A stretch of 32,000 nucleotides of DNA from Candidatus Iainarchaeum sp. (GTDB lineage Archaea; Iainarchaeota; Iainarchaeia; Iainarchaeales; DTGL01): contig JAVYME010000003.1 of NCBI GenBank assembly GCA_038736825.1, positions 1 to 32,000 of the forward strand, read 5' to 3'. The notes under the pieces are model-generated. The model was not told where the DNA came from, made no database searches, and saw only the letters and a program-made list of their open reading frames with translations. Positions 9,151-16,898 of the stretch are shown piece after piece. Position numbers and translations under genes: made by a program. Each line of letters opens with the position of its first letter. Positions within the stretch are counted from its first letter, which is position 1.

Positions 9151-10140
9151 ATGCCTTCAAGGAAAAAACCAATTCACTCAATTCAAAGGCAAACGTTGAG
9201 CCCAACAAAAAGAGCAAGGGTTTCCCATGAAATGGCTTTCTCATTGCTTCCAATAGAATTGCAAAAGCAAATTCCAAAAGGCAATGCAAGGCAGAGATTC
9301 AATGCAGCATTTGACAGGTTAAGCAGGCAGCGCTCTAGTGCTTTGCAGCCAATGCGTGAAAAAGACATGAAAGTGATTGCAAGGGCAACTGCAAGCCTTA
9401 TAATTGGCGGCAAGCCAGTGATTGTAAGGAAGACTTCTAAAAAAAGCGTTATTGGTTCTGGCAAAAGCCCTTATTGCGAGCGCTTGCCAGAATTTGAAAG
9501 GATTGCTTGGTCAAAAGTGCCTGCAAGGCAAAGAGTTGTGCTTTCAAGTGGAGCGCAAGGCGAGTTTTTTGCATTCCTGGGAAGGGGCCTTCCAGGGCTA
9601 ATGCCGGGAGAACCCCAAACATATATTTCCTTCAAGCCATTTTTTAATGCGAAAAAACACCCTCAGTTGCAGGCAATGCTGCGCTTCAAGTATGGAACCG
9701 ACTTTATAGAACAAATCAGTGGTTCAATCCATTTTGTTGCAGCAAAATTTCACAAAGAAATAGGGCATGAAAAACCAGTTCTCGTTATATGGAACGACCA
9801 GTCAAGGCATTTTAACAGTTTGCCTGAAAGCCTCAAGCAAAGCTATAAGGGCTTGCCATATGCCTTTTTTGATTTTTTGGAGGGCATTGCAAGGCTTGGA
9901 GGCGCTGACAGGATTGCCTTTGCAAGCCCAGAACATGCAAAAAAATTTTCTTTGAACATTGAGCTTTTTTCAGACGAAACAGATTATCGCAAGAAAAGGG
10001 AAGCGCTTGCCAGAAACGTTTTAGCCCACTACCAGCGGCTTGAAAGAAAACTTGAAGAGCGCGGTTACCATCGCACTGAATTGAATCTCGGCATTAAAGA
10101 CAAAACTGCAAAAGCGCCTTTTTTGGTTAAACAACTCTAA
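9151..10140 (+). CDS. Hypothetical protein (orphan), 329 aa, with a basic Arg/Gln/Ser-rich N-terminal third
   Basis: It is a long ORF in the same orientation as its neighbours, with no competing ORF. I recognise no family motif. The composition (R, Q, P, S rich N-terminus) differs from the K/E-rich neighbouring proteins. Confidence 0.6.
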   Translation: MPSRKKPIHSIQRQTLSPTKRARVSHEMAFSLLPIELQKQIPKGNARQRFNAAFDRLSRQRSSALQPMREKDMKVIARATASLIIGGKPVIVRKTSKKSVIGSGKSPYCERLPEFERIAWSKVPARQRVVLSSGAQGEFFAFLGRGLPGLMPGEPQTYISFKPFFNAKKHPQLQAMLRFKYGTDFIEQISGSIHFVAAKFHKEIGHEKPVLVIWNDQSRHFNSLPESLKQSYKGLPYAFFDFLEGIARLGGADRIAFASPEHAKKFSLNIELFSDETDYRKKREALARNVLAHYQRLERKLEERGYHRTELNLGIKDKTAKAPFLVKQL

Positions 10141-10176
10141 CCACTTCTTTTAAACTATTCTTTGAGTATTTTTTTC

Positions 10177-10587
10177 ATGGAAGAAGAATTTGAAGAAACA
10201 GATTCATATGACGGGGTTTTTGAGGAAAAAACTTCAAGCAAAGAAAAGAATTCCTTTAAAATTGAACCTGCAAAAGAAAGCTCTTTGAAAGAAATCACTG
10301 GGCGAGAGAAAAGGATTGCAGTGGTTGGCACTCTTGTGTCCATCAACAAAAAGGAAATGCAAGGGCTTTTTTCGGATGGCTCTAGCGATTGCAGCATTGT
10401 TTTCACTGAAAGCGAAATGATGCCTGGGCTCAAGGCAGGCATTATTGTTAGAGTGATTGGCAAGCCTTCAAAAAAACCAAGGCTTTCCATTGAAGCGGAA
10501 ATAGTGCAAGAATTAAAAGGTTTTGATGCAAATCTATACAAGAAAGTGAGGGAACTTGAAAAAAAGCAATTTGGTGGTAAGGAATGA
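10177..10587 (+). CDS. Small OB-fold protein (RPA small-subunit / tRNA_anti-like) with an acidic N-terminal tail
   Basis: The strand pattern IAVVGTLVSI / GLFSDG / CSIVFT / GIIVRVIGKP / LSIEAEIVQEL, followed by a short helix, is typical of an OB barrel as in RPA32/RPA14-type proteins. The N-terminus (MEEEFEETDSYDGVFEE) is acidic. Its stop overlaps the PCNA-1 start (ATGA at 10584-10587). Confidence 0.55.
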   Translation: MEEEFEETDSYDGVFEEKTSSKEKNSFKIEPAKESSLKEITGREKRIAVVGTLVSINKKEMQGLFSDGSSDCSIVFTESEMMPGLKAGIIVRVIGKPSKKPRLSIEAEIVQELKGFDANLYKKVRELEKKQFGGKE

Positions 10588-11330
10588 GGCTGGTTTTAGA
10601 GAAAGCGAATGATTTCAAGAAAAGCTGTGAGGCAATTGCAGTGCTAATTCATGAAGCTGAATTTGACATCAGTGAAAACTGCATTGCTCTCAAGGCAACA
10701 GACCCCAGCCAGATTTCAATGGTTGACTTTGAAATGAAAAAAGCCTCTTTCAAGGAATTCAATTTTGATCAAGCGCAACGCATAGGCCTTGACCTTGATT
10801 ATTTGAACCAAGTGATGGGGAGAGCAAAACCCACAGACGAGCTTGCCCTTGAATTGAACCCGCAAAAAACCGCTCTTGAAATCACTTTTAAGGGTGCTTC
10901 AACAAGGCATTTTTCTGTTCCATTAATAGATGTTTCAAAAAACCCAGTGCCAAACCCAAAAATAGAGTTTGATGCCGAGTTAAAGCTCAAAGCAGGCATT
11001 GTCCAGGACGCATTAAAGGACGCTGAATTGATTTCAAGCCATGTCCTTCTCGGAGTTGAAAAAGAAACCTTTTTTGTTAATGCGCAAAGCAGCAAGGGCA
11101 CACTGAAAAATGAAACCCATAAAAAGGAAAAAGAAATCAAGTCCTTTGTTGCAAAAAAAGACTGTCGCAGCATGTTTCCCCTTGACTACCTTAAAGACAT
11201 GCTGAAGACACCTGCAGGCGATGATGAAATAGAATTAAAACTTAAAAGTGATGCGCCACTCTTTGTTTCCTACAAGATTGGGAGTGCAAGCATTTCCTAT
11301 TTTTTAGCGCCCAGGATTGAAAGCGAGTGA
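10584..11330 (+). CDS. pcn: DNA polymerase sliding clamp PCNA, paralogue 1
   Basis: The 248-aa protein has the canonical archaeal PCNA layout: ...IALKATDPSQISMVDFEM...IGLDLDYLNQVMGRA...FSVPLIDV...LKSDAPLFVSYKIG..ISYFLAPRIE. The LAPRIE C-terminus is conserved. Confidence 0.9.
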   Translation: MRLVLEKANDFKKSCEAIAVLIHEAEFDISENCIALKATDPSQISMVDFEMKKASFKEFNFDQAQRIGLDLDYLNQVMGRAKPTDELALELNPQKTALEITFKGASTRHFSVPLIDVSKNPVPNPKIEFDAELKLKAGIVQDALKDAELISSHVLLGVEKETFFVNAQSSKGTLKNETHKKEKEIKSFVAKKDCRSMFPLDYLKDMLKTPAGDDEIELKLKSDAPLFVSYKIGSASISYFLAPRIESE

Positions 11331-11358
11331 TTAAATCGTTTTCCATTGCAATCCATTT

Positions 11359-12156
11359 ATGCTTTTAGGCATTGACTTGGGTGCTTCAACAACAGATTTT
11401 GTCTTAATGGAAAAGCACAAAGTGCTGAAAAAAAAATCAATTGAAACAGTTTCCTTGGAAAAACTTGAAATTGCAATACGGGCTTTGAATTGGCCTCTTG
11501 AAAGAGTGAAATCTTTTTGTGTTACTGGCGGAAAGAGTGCCAAGTGCAAGAGAATTCTTTTAGGCAAACCGGTTAAAATAATTTGCGAAATCAATGCCAT
11601 TGGCGCGGGCGGGCTTTTTTGCGCTAAAAAAAAGAAAGCAATTGTTGTTTCGCTTGGCACTGGCACTTGCATTGTCAATGCAAGCGGAGACCAATTTGAG
11701 CATTGTTTTGGCACTGGCGTTGGCGGGGGCACTCTTTTAGGGCTTTCAAGGCAATTGCTTTTGCTTGAAGACCTTAAAAAAGTAAACGAGCTTGCAAAAA
11801 AGGGAAACCTGGAAAAAATTGATTTGCTTGTAAAAGACATTGTCGGCAAGGGCATAGGAAAACTGCCGGGAAATGCCACTGCTTCAAATTTTGGCAGGAG
11901 TGCACTAGCCAAAAAAACAGATGTTGCCCTTGGAATAATCAATCTAGTGGCGGAAACCAATGCAGTTGTGGTTTCCCTTGCATCTGAAAAATGTGAACAG
12001 AAAGAAATAGTGTTGACTGGAAAGCTTTTATCAGTGCCTGTTTTCAAGCAAAGGCTTTTAAGTGCATTGAGATTGCTTGGCAAAAAAGCAATAGTGCCAA
12101 AAGATTATGGAGTGGCAACAGCCATTGGAGCATGCATTTCCGCGCAAGCAATTTAA
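11359..12156 (+). CDS. Type II (Staphylococcus/eukaryote-like, fumble family) pantothenate kinase
   Basis: It is an ASKHA-fold protein whose motifs are colinear with S. aureus-type PanK-II as I recall it. These are LGIDLGASTTD (phosphate 1), CVTGGKS, EINAIGAGG, VSLGTGTCIV, GTGVGGGTLLGL, IDLLVKDIVG...LPGNATASNFG and a C-terminal YGVATAIGA. The length (265 aa) also matches. Confidence 0.75.
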   Translation: MLLGIDLGASTTDFVLMEKHKVLKKKSIETVSLEKLEIAIRALNWPLERVKSFCVTGGKSAKCKRILLGKPVKIICEINAIGAGGLFCAKKKKAIVVSLGTGTCIVNASGDQFEHCFGTGVGGGTLLGLSRQLLLLEDLKKVNELAKKGNLEKIDLLVKDIVGKGIGKLPGNATASNFGRSALAKKTDVALGIINLVAETNAVVVSLASEKCEQKEIVLTGKLLSVPVFKQRLLSALRLLGKKAIVPKDYGVATAIGACISAQAI

Positions 12157-12200
12157 ACCCTTGCCTTTTATCTTATTATTATTCTTTTGGGGGTATTTGG

Positions 12201-12923
12201 TTGATTCGTCTTTCAAAAGTGGCTCATTTTCAAACAGCAATCAGGGCAATCGCTAACTTTATTTCAGAGGGAAATTTTCGCTTTAACGACAAAGGCATTT
12301 CCTTGAAGGCAATTGATCCTTCACAGATCGTTCTAGTCCAATATGAAGCTCCAAAGTCTTTTTTTGACGAATTCAAGGTTGAACCAAACCTTGTGGGCAT
12401 TGACATTGACGAATTCAACAAGGTAATGAAGAGGGCATTGCAAAAGGACACAATTGAAATGGAATTGAATGACTCGCATTTAGTGGTAAGGCTTAAAGGA
12501 GACCTTGAAAGGAATTTCCGTCTTTCCCTGATAGATCTAAGCGAGGAAGAGGCTGAAATCCCACAACAAGAATATGATGCAAGGGTTGAGGCAAAAGCAA
12601 GGGTTTTGCAGGAAGCATTCAGGGATGCAATGCTTTTCGGGAGCAGTGTGGTGCTCAAAATCGAAAAGGGAAGGTTTTTGATAGAGGCGAGAGGCTCGCA
12701 GGGCACGCTCAAGACAGAGGCAAAGGCAGCTGAACTTTTCAAAGTAAAAGCAAAAAAAGACGTGACAAGCAAGTATTCCTTGAATTTTTTGGAAAACATT
12801 GTAAAAGAAGCAGACCCAGAAAGCACTATTTTAATGGAACTCAAAAGCGAAGCGCCAATGCGCATTTCCTATCCCATAGGGGAAACCACAATCCAGTTCT
12901 ATTTGGCTCACATGATACTTTGA
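12201..12923 (+). CDS. pcn: DNA polymerase sliding clamp PCNA, divergent paralogue 2
   Basis: It shows PCNA-type colinearity with paralogue 1 (ISLKAIDPSQIVLVQYEA...IDIDEFNKVMKRA...FRLSLIDL...LKSEAPMRISYPIG..IQFYLA). Identity is only about a quarter to a third by eye, and the C-terminus is atypical (LAHMIL instead of LAPRIE). The proposed start is TTG 12201, preceded by ggggg. The ATG at 12132 would overlap the PanK gene and add a non-PCNA leader. Confidence 0.85.
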   Translation: MIRLSKVAHFQTAIRAIANFISEGNFRFNDKGISLKAIDPSQIVLVQYEAPKSFFDEFKVEPNLVGIDIDEFNKVMKRALQKDTIEMELNDSHLVVRLKGDLERNFRLSLIDLSEEEAEIPQQEYDARVEAKARVLQEAFRDAMLFGSSVVLKIEKGRFLIEARGSQGTLKTEAKAAELFKVKAKKDVTSKYSLNFLENIVKEADPESTILMELKSEAPMRISYPIGETTIQFYLAHMIL

Positions 12924-13015
12924 GCAAAAAATCCAGCAATCCGGTTTTTTTTTAAAGTTTTCAAGGGAACCAATCACTCGCGCTTTTTTAAAACAAAGCG
13001 CTCCCAATATTTTTT

Positions 13016-14044
13016 ATGGTTTTATTGTCTGATTTGGAGTTCGCGCAAAAATTTCCCTTCAGTGAAACCGGAAAGCGCGCAGTAAGGGAATTAAATGTTC
13101 CACTGGATTCAGTCAGTGAAAATGCAAAAAAAAGCGCTATAGCCCGCATTAAAACCGCTTTTGCAAGAAAACCATATTTTGTAGAACACCTTGAAGGACA
13201 CAAGGAATTGCTTGAAGAGGAATTGCTTTCCTTTCCAATAGCCAAAATCTATATTTCAATTATCGGACAGCAAAAACTTTTCTCGCTTTTTGCCAAAAGC
13301 CATGCTGATGCTGCCTTTGAATTATTGGAAAGAGAAAAAGGCGATTCTCTCAAAATAAGGCTTGCTCAAGAACTGAATTTAAGGTTTAGCCTTCCAGAGG
13401 ACGGCTTGTTTTCAGTAAAAGTTTTGGATTTTTTGAATTCTTCAAATGGCGCGCCAACCCTAAAACTAGTAAACCAGCGCTTGGAAAAAGGCAGTGTTTT
13501 GCTTGAAAGCCAGCGCTTTGCAAGGCTTTTGTCCGAAAAGGCTTTCAGTGAAATTCTTGCATCCCTTCCAGTTAAAACAAGCGGCATTCCAGAAAGATTG
13601 AAAGAAGAAGCGCTTGCACTCAGCGCTGAATTTCGTGAAAGGCAAGCAGTGGAATTCAAAAAAATGGCTGGAAAAACAAGGCTGGATTTTTTTCCGCCTT
13701 GCATGGAAAAAATGTATTCAGAACTGCTTTCAGGCAAGAATTTGCCGCACTTTGCAAGGTTTGACTTAACCACTTTTTTGAATGCTGTTGGAATGCCAGA
13801 GGAAGAAATAATAAAATCTTTCTCTAAAGCCCCAAATTTTGACGAAAGCATTACAAGATACCAAGTGAAAAAAATAACCAAGGGCGGAAGACTAGGAAAA
13901 GGCTATTCTCCGGCTTCTTGTGAAAAATTGCGCTTGCATTCTTTGTGCATTGCACAATGCAATGTAAAACACCCAACACAATATTACTGGAACCAGTTTC
14001 GCAATGCAAAAAAAGAAAAAAAGGGAAAGGGTTTGAATGAGTGA
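13016..14044 (+). CDS. priL: DNA primase large (regulatory) subunit PriL
   Basis: It has the conserved FFPPCMEKMYSELLSGKNLPHFARFDLTTFLNAVGM motif. Four Cys residues suit the Fe-S cluster (C in PPCM, then SCEKLRLHSLCIAQC). Its stop overlaps the PriS start by 8 nt. Confidence 0.9.
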   Translation: MVLLSDLEFAQKFPFSETGKRAVRELNVPLDSVSENAKKSAIARIKTAFARKPYFVEHLEGHKELLEEELLSFPIAKIYISIIGQQKLFSLFAKSHADAAFELLEREKGDSLKIRLAQELNLRFSLPEDGLFSVKVLDFLNSSNGAPTLKLVNQRLEKGSVLLESQRFARLLSEKAFSEILASLPVKTSGIPERLKEEALALSAEFRERQAVEFKKMAGKTRLDFFPPCMEKMYSELLSGKNLPHFARFDLTTFLNAVGMPEEEIIKSFSKAPNFDESITRYQVKKITKGGRLGKGYSPASCEKLRLHSLCIAQCNVKHPTQYYWNQFRNAKKEKKGKGLNE

Positions 14045-15278
14045 AAAGGAAAACCTTTTCTTGAAAAACGCATTCCGCTCATATTATGAAAAAAAACAGA
14101 TTTCAATCCTTGAATGTGCAAAAAGAGAGTTCGGCATAGGCGATTTTGGAAAAAAAATAGTTAAACGGCACATGAGTTTTAGTAATGAAAACGAACTCAA
14201 CCTTTTTCTGAGAAAAGAAGTTCCACCATATATTTCTTATTCTGCTGCATACTATGAAAAGCCTTCAGCCAGGCCAATGGATTCAAAGGGCTTTTTGGGC
14301 GCAGACTTGGTTTACGAATTTGATGCCGACGACATTGAAACCAAGTGCAAGGAAAAGCACGATTTTTGGCAGTGCTCTAATGAAAAATGCAATGCTAGCG
14401 GTAAAGGTGCAGTGATAGAATGCCCTAAATGCGGTTCTGGAGTTAAAACAGAGCAGTGGTTTTGCAAGGAATGCTTGGATGAAACAAAAAAGCAGGCATT
14501 GAGGTTGATTGAATTGCTTTCATCGGAACTTGGCTTTAGCGAGGGCATCAGCGTCAATTTTTCTGGAAAAGCTGGCTATCACTTGCATGTTCGCAACAGT
14601 GAAGTCAAGGGCTTGTCCCAACAGGCAAGAACTGAATTGATTGATTACTTGACATTAAACGGAATAGATTTGGAAGCGCATGGCTTTGGAAGGCTTGACA
14701 TGTCAACTCTTTCCTGTCCAGTGCTATCTCAAAGTTCAGGCATTGCGAAAAGGTTTATGGAAAGGCTTGTTTCATTTATTAGGGATTGGAATCCTGAAAA
14801 GCTTGCAGTGCACGGAAACCTTAACAAAAAACAGTCTGCTTTTTTGGTGAAAAACCGTAAAATAATCCTTGAAAAAATGTCACAGGGAATCCTTTTCCCA
14901 ATTGATGCTTCAAAACCTGAAACCAGTCAAAAGTTTTGGCATCTTTTGATTGAAGAGGCTTTGCGCGAGGAATCCATTGCATTGAACATTGACAGGCAAA
15001 CCTCTATAGACATTCACAAGATTTTAAGAGTGCCTGATTCAATTCATGGCGGAACAGGCTTGATTGCAAAAACAGTTTCTTTGGATGAACTCAAAGCCTT
15101 TGATCCATTCAAGGAGGCTGTTGCTTTTTTTGGCACTCCAGTAAAGGTTTTTATTAATAAGGCACCAGAATTCTCTCTTGGGGGCGAAAGGTTTAAGGCA
15201 TTCGAACAAGAAAGCCAAGAGCTTTCATTGAGTGCTGCAATATTTCTTGTGGCAGCAGGCAAAGCAGTCCTTGAATAA
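14037..15278 (+). CDS. priS: DNA primase small (catalytic) subunit PriS
   Basis: It is an AEP-type primase with the catalytic acidic motif LVYEFDADD, an inserted Cys-rich zinc module (CKEKHDFWQCSNEKC...CPKCG...CKEC), a SGKAGYHLHV motif and RVPDSIHGGTG. Confidence 0.9.
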   Translation: MSEKENLFLKNAFRSYYEKKQISILECAKREFGIGDFGKKIVKRHMSFSNENELNLFLRKEVPPYISYSAAYYEKPSARPMDSKGFLGADLVYEFDADDIETKCKEKHDFWQCSNEKCNASGKGAVIECPKCGSGVKTEQWFCKECLDETKKQALRLIELLSSELGFSEGISVNFSGKAGYHLHVRNSEVKGLSQQARTELIDYLTLNGIDLEAHGFGRLDMSTLSCPVLSQSSGIAKRFMERLVSFIRDWNPEKLAVHGNLNKKQSAFLVKNRKIILEKMSQGILFPIDASKPETSQKFWHLLIEEALREESIALNIDRQTSIDIHKILRVPDSIHGGTGLIAKTVSLDELKAFDPFKEAVAFFGTPVKVFINKAPEFSLGGERFKAFEQESQELSLSAAIFLVAAGKAVLE

Positions 15279-15306
15279 AGCAATTGTTTGCAAGAAGGCG
15301 GTTTAA

Positions 15307-15855
15307 GTGGATTACGATGAAATAAGGCGGGTTTTCAGGCTTGAAAAAAATTCAAGCCAGCTATGCGCAGTCGAGGCTGATTTTTGGCAATCCTTAAAGG
15401 AATTCATGAAAAAAGAGCGAGAAAAATATGTGGAAGAACTCAAGAACGGCCATATTTCAAAAGCCAAAGATTTTGCAAACATGGAGCAAATTGTGCTTGA
15501 ATTGCTTGCAATCAGAGAAAAAAAGGTTTTAAACAAAGCCCTTATTGCATCGCGCACAAAAGAGTTTTCATTAGATGGAATGTCCAAAAGCGAAAAAGAA
15601 CTTTTCAAAGGGCTTTTGGCTGTTTTGGAAAAATTCAGAGAGGATTCAAGCGAGTTGGTTGGAGAAAGAGACAGTGAAAGGCGAACAGAGGAAAAGGATT
15701 TAAAAAAGCTCTCACTCCAAATTCTTTCTGACATTCCAAGCTTTATTGGGGCCGACATGAAAGAATATGGCCCGTTTTTTAAAGGGCAAGAGGTTGAGCT
15801 CCCAGGAAAAACCGCAGAACTTCTTGTGGAAAGAAAACTGGCTGCCCAAAAATAG
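15307..15855 (+). CDS. gins51: GINS complex subunit Gins51 (Gins15 type)
   Basis: The alpha-helical A domain (EIRRVFRLEKNSSQL..ADFWQSLKEF...) and the small beta B domain (ILSDIPSFIGADMKEYGPFFKGQEVELPGKTAELLVERKLA) match archaeal Gins51. Its position immediately after priS is the classical context. The start is GTG. Confidence 0.75.
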   Translation: MDYDEIRRVFRLEKNSSQLCAVEADFWQSLKEFMKKEREKYVEELKNGHISKAKDFANMEQIVLELLAIREKKVLNKALIASRTKEFSLDGMSKSEKELFKGLLAVLEKFREDSSELVGERDSERRTEEKDLKKLSLQILSDIPSFIGADMKEYGPFFKGQEVELPGKTAELLVERKLAAQK

Positions 15856-15872
15856 TTTTTTTGTTTTTTTTT

Positions 15873-15880
15873 AAGGAGGA
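15873..15880 (+). promoter_or_regulatory. Shine-Dalgarno sequence (aaggagga) for the eS27 gene
   Basis: The purine-rich element lies 6 nt upstream of ATG 15887 and is complementary to the archaeal 16S 3' end consensus. Similar GGTG/GGAGG elements precede rpoL, the S-layer gene and the 24552 gene. Confidence 0.6.
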
Positions 15881-15886
15881 AAGATT

Positions 15887-16087
15887 ATGGCTTCAATTAG
15901 GGAAAGCGATATTGGCAAAGGCTCAAAAAACACTTTTTTGAGAGTCAAGTGCGAAGGCTGTGGAAACGAGCAAGTGGTTTTTTCTGCTCCTTCAATGGAT
16001 GTAAAGTGCCTTGTGTGCAATCAGGTTTTGGCTGAAAGCACTGGTCACAAGGCAATATTGAAAGCCAAAGAGGTAGGCAAAGCCTGA
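15887..16087 (+). CDS. rps27e: 30S ribosomal protein eS27 (S27e)
   Basis: The 66-aa protein has a C4 zinc ribbon, [29 protein letters not shown], the signature of S27e. Confidence 0.9.
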   Translation: MASIRESDIGKGSKNTFLRVKCEGCGNEQVVFSAPSMDVKCLVCNQVLAESTGHKAILKAKEVGKA

Positions 16088-16116
16088 GGTTTTTTTTGTT
16101 TTTTGGAAGGGATTGC

Positions 16117-16887
16117 ATGGTTGAACAGCCAGATGTTGGAGAAATTGTTGTTGTTCGTGTTTCTAAAGTGCTGGACTATGGTGCTTTTGTGGAGTTAGTG
16201 GAATATGACAACAAGCCTGGCTTTGTTCACATTTCACAAGTTGCTTCGCGTTGGGTTAAAAACATAAGGAATTATGTTAAGGAAAACGAAACGCGAGTGG
16301 CACAAGTGCTTTCCATTGACAAAAACAACAATCAAATAGATTTATCTCTTGCAAAAGTGTCACAACAAATGGCAAGGCAAAAACTGGAGTCATGGAAGCA
16401 GTCAAAGCGAGCTAAAAAAATGCTTGAACTTCTTGCAAAGAACCAAAAGAAAACCTTTGAAGAGGCATGGAAGGCGGTTGCAGAACCTCTCCTTGAAAGG
16501 CATGAATCTTTGTTTGAAGCATTTCAAGAAATTGCTGCAAAGGGCAGGATTGCTGCCGAGGGCGTGCCTGAAAACTGGGTTAACCCTCTTGTAGAGCTAG
16601 TGCAAAAAAACATTAGTGTTCCATTGAAAACTTTAAAGGGCACAATTTCAATAAAGAGTGAAGCCCCTGATGCTGTTGAAAAAATAAAATTGGCTTTCAG
16701 TAATGGATTGCTTAAAGCGAAAGAGGCAAAAGTTGAGGCTTATTATAGGGGCGGAGGCTGCTATGAGGTTCTCGCAACTGCAATGGATTTCAAGACAGCT
16801 GAAAGGGAGTTGAATGCTGTTGCGGAAGCAATAGTTTCTGAAATTGAAAAATTCAAAGGCAAAGCAGAGTTCACAAAAGATAATTGA
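16117..16887 (+). CDS. eif2a: Translation initiation factor aIF2 alpha subunit
   Basis: The N-terminal S1 domain is PDVGEIVVVRVSKVLDYGAFVELVEYDNKPGFVHISQVASRWVKNIRNYV. A helical domain and a C-terminal alpha/beta domain follow. I chose ATG 16117 rather than the TTG-type start at 16096. Confidence 0.9.
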   Translation: MVEQPDVGEIVVVRVSKVLDYGAFVELVEYDNKPGFVHISQVASRWVKNIRNYVKENETRVAQVLSIDKNNNQIDLSLAKVSQQMARQKLESWKQSKRAKKMLELLAKNQKKTFEEAWKAVAEPLLERHESLFEAFQEIAAKGRIAAEGVPENWVNPLVELVQKNISVPLKTLKGTISIKSEAPDAVEKIKLAFSNGLLKAKEAKVEAYYRGGGCYEVLATAMDFKTAERELNAVAEAIVSEIEKFKGKAEFTKDN

Positions 16888-16898
16888 GGTTTTTTGAA

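Noticed and set aside
11331-12083. Very long antisense ORFs opposite real genes. They are 11331-12083 (250 aa, opposite PanK), 12230-12865 (opposite PCNA-2), 13366-13881 (opposite priL), 15312-15758 (opposite gins51), 7489-8067 (opposite DUF99), 17007-17501 (opposite PAC2) and 24050-24487 (opposite the S-layer 3' end).
   Set aside because: Their translations are low-complexity Ser/Leu/Phe/Pro-rich strings with no motifs. The sense-strand genes have unambiguous homology. Purine-rich (GAA/AAA/AAG) codon usage on the sense strand removes stop codons from the complementary frame, which is a known artefact.
12132-12200. The upstream ATG start for PCNA-2 (12132), which gives a 25-nt overlap with the PanK gene. 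A similar case is the upstream start at 8178 for the signal peptidase, overlapping DUF99.
   Set aside because: The extra N-terminal residues (MHFRASNLNPCLLSYYYSFGGIW; MWQAVLHWGGALLLKIKKSGN) have no counterpart in the respective families. Internal starts with SD-like purine tracts give proteins of canonical length.
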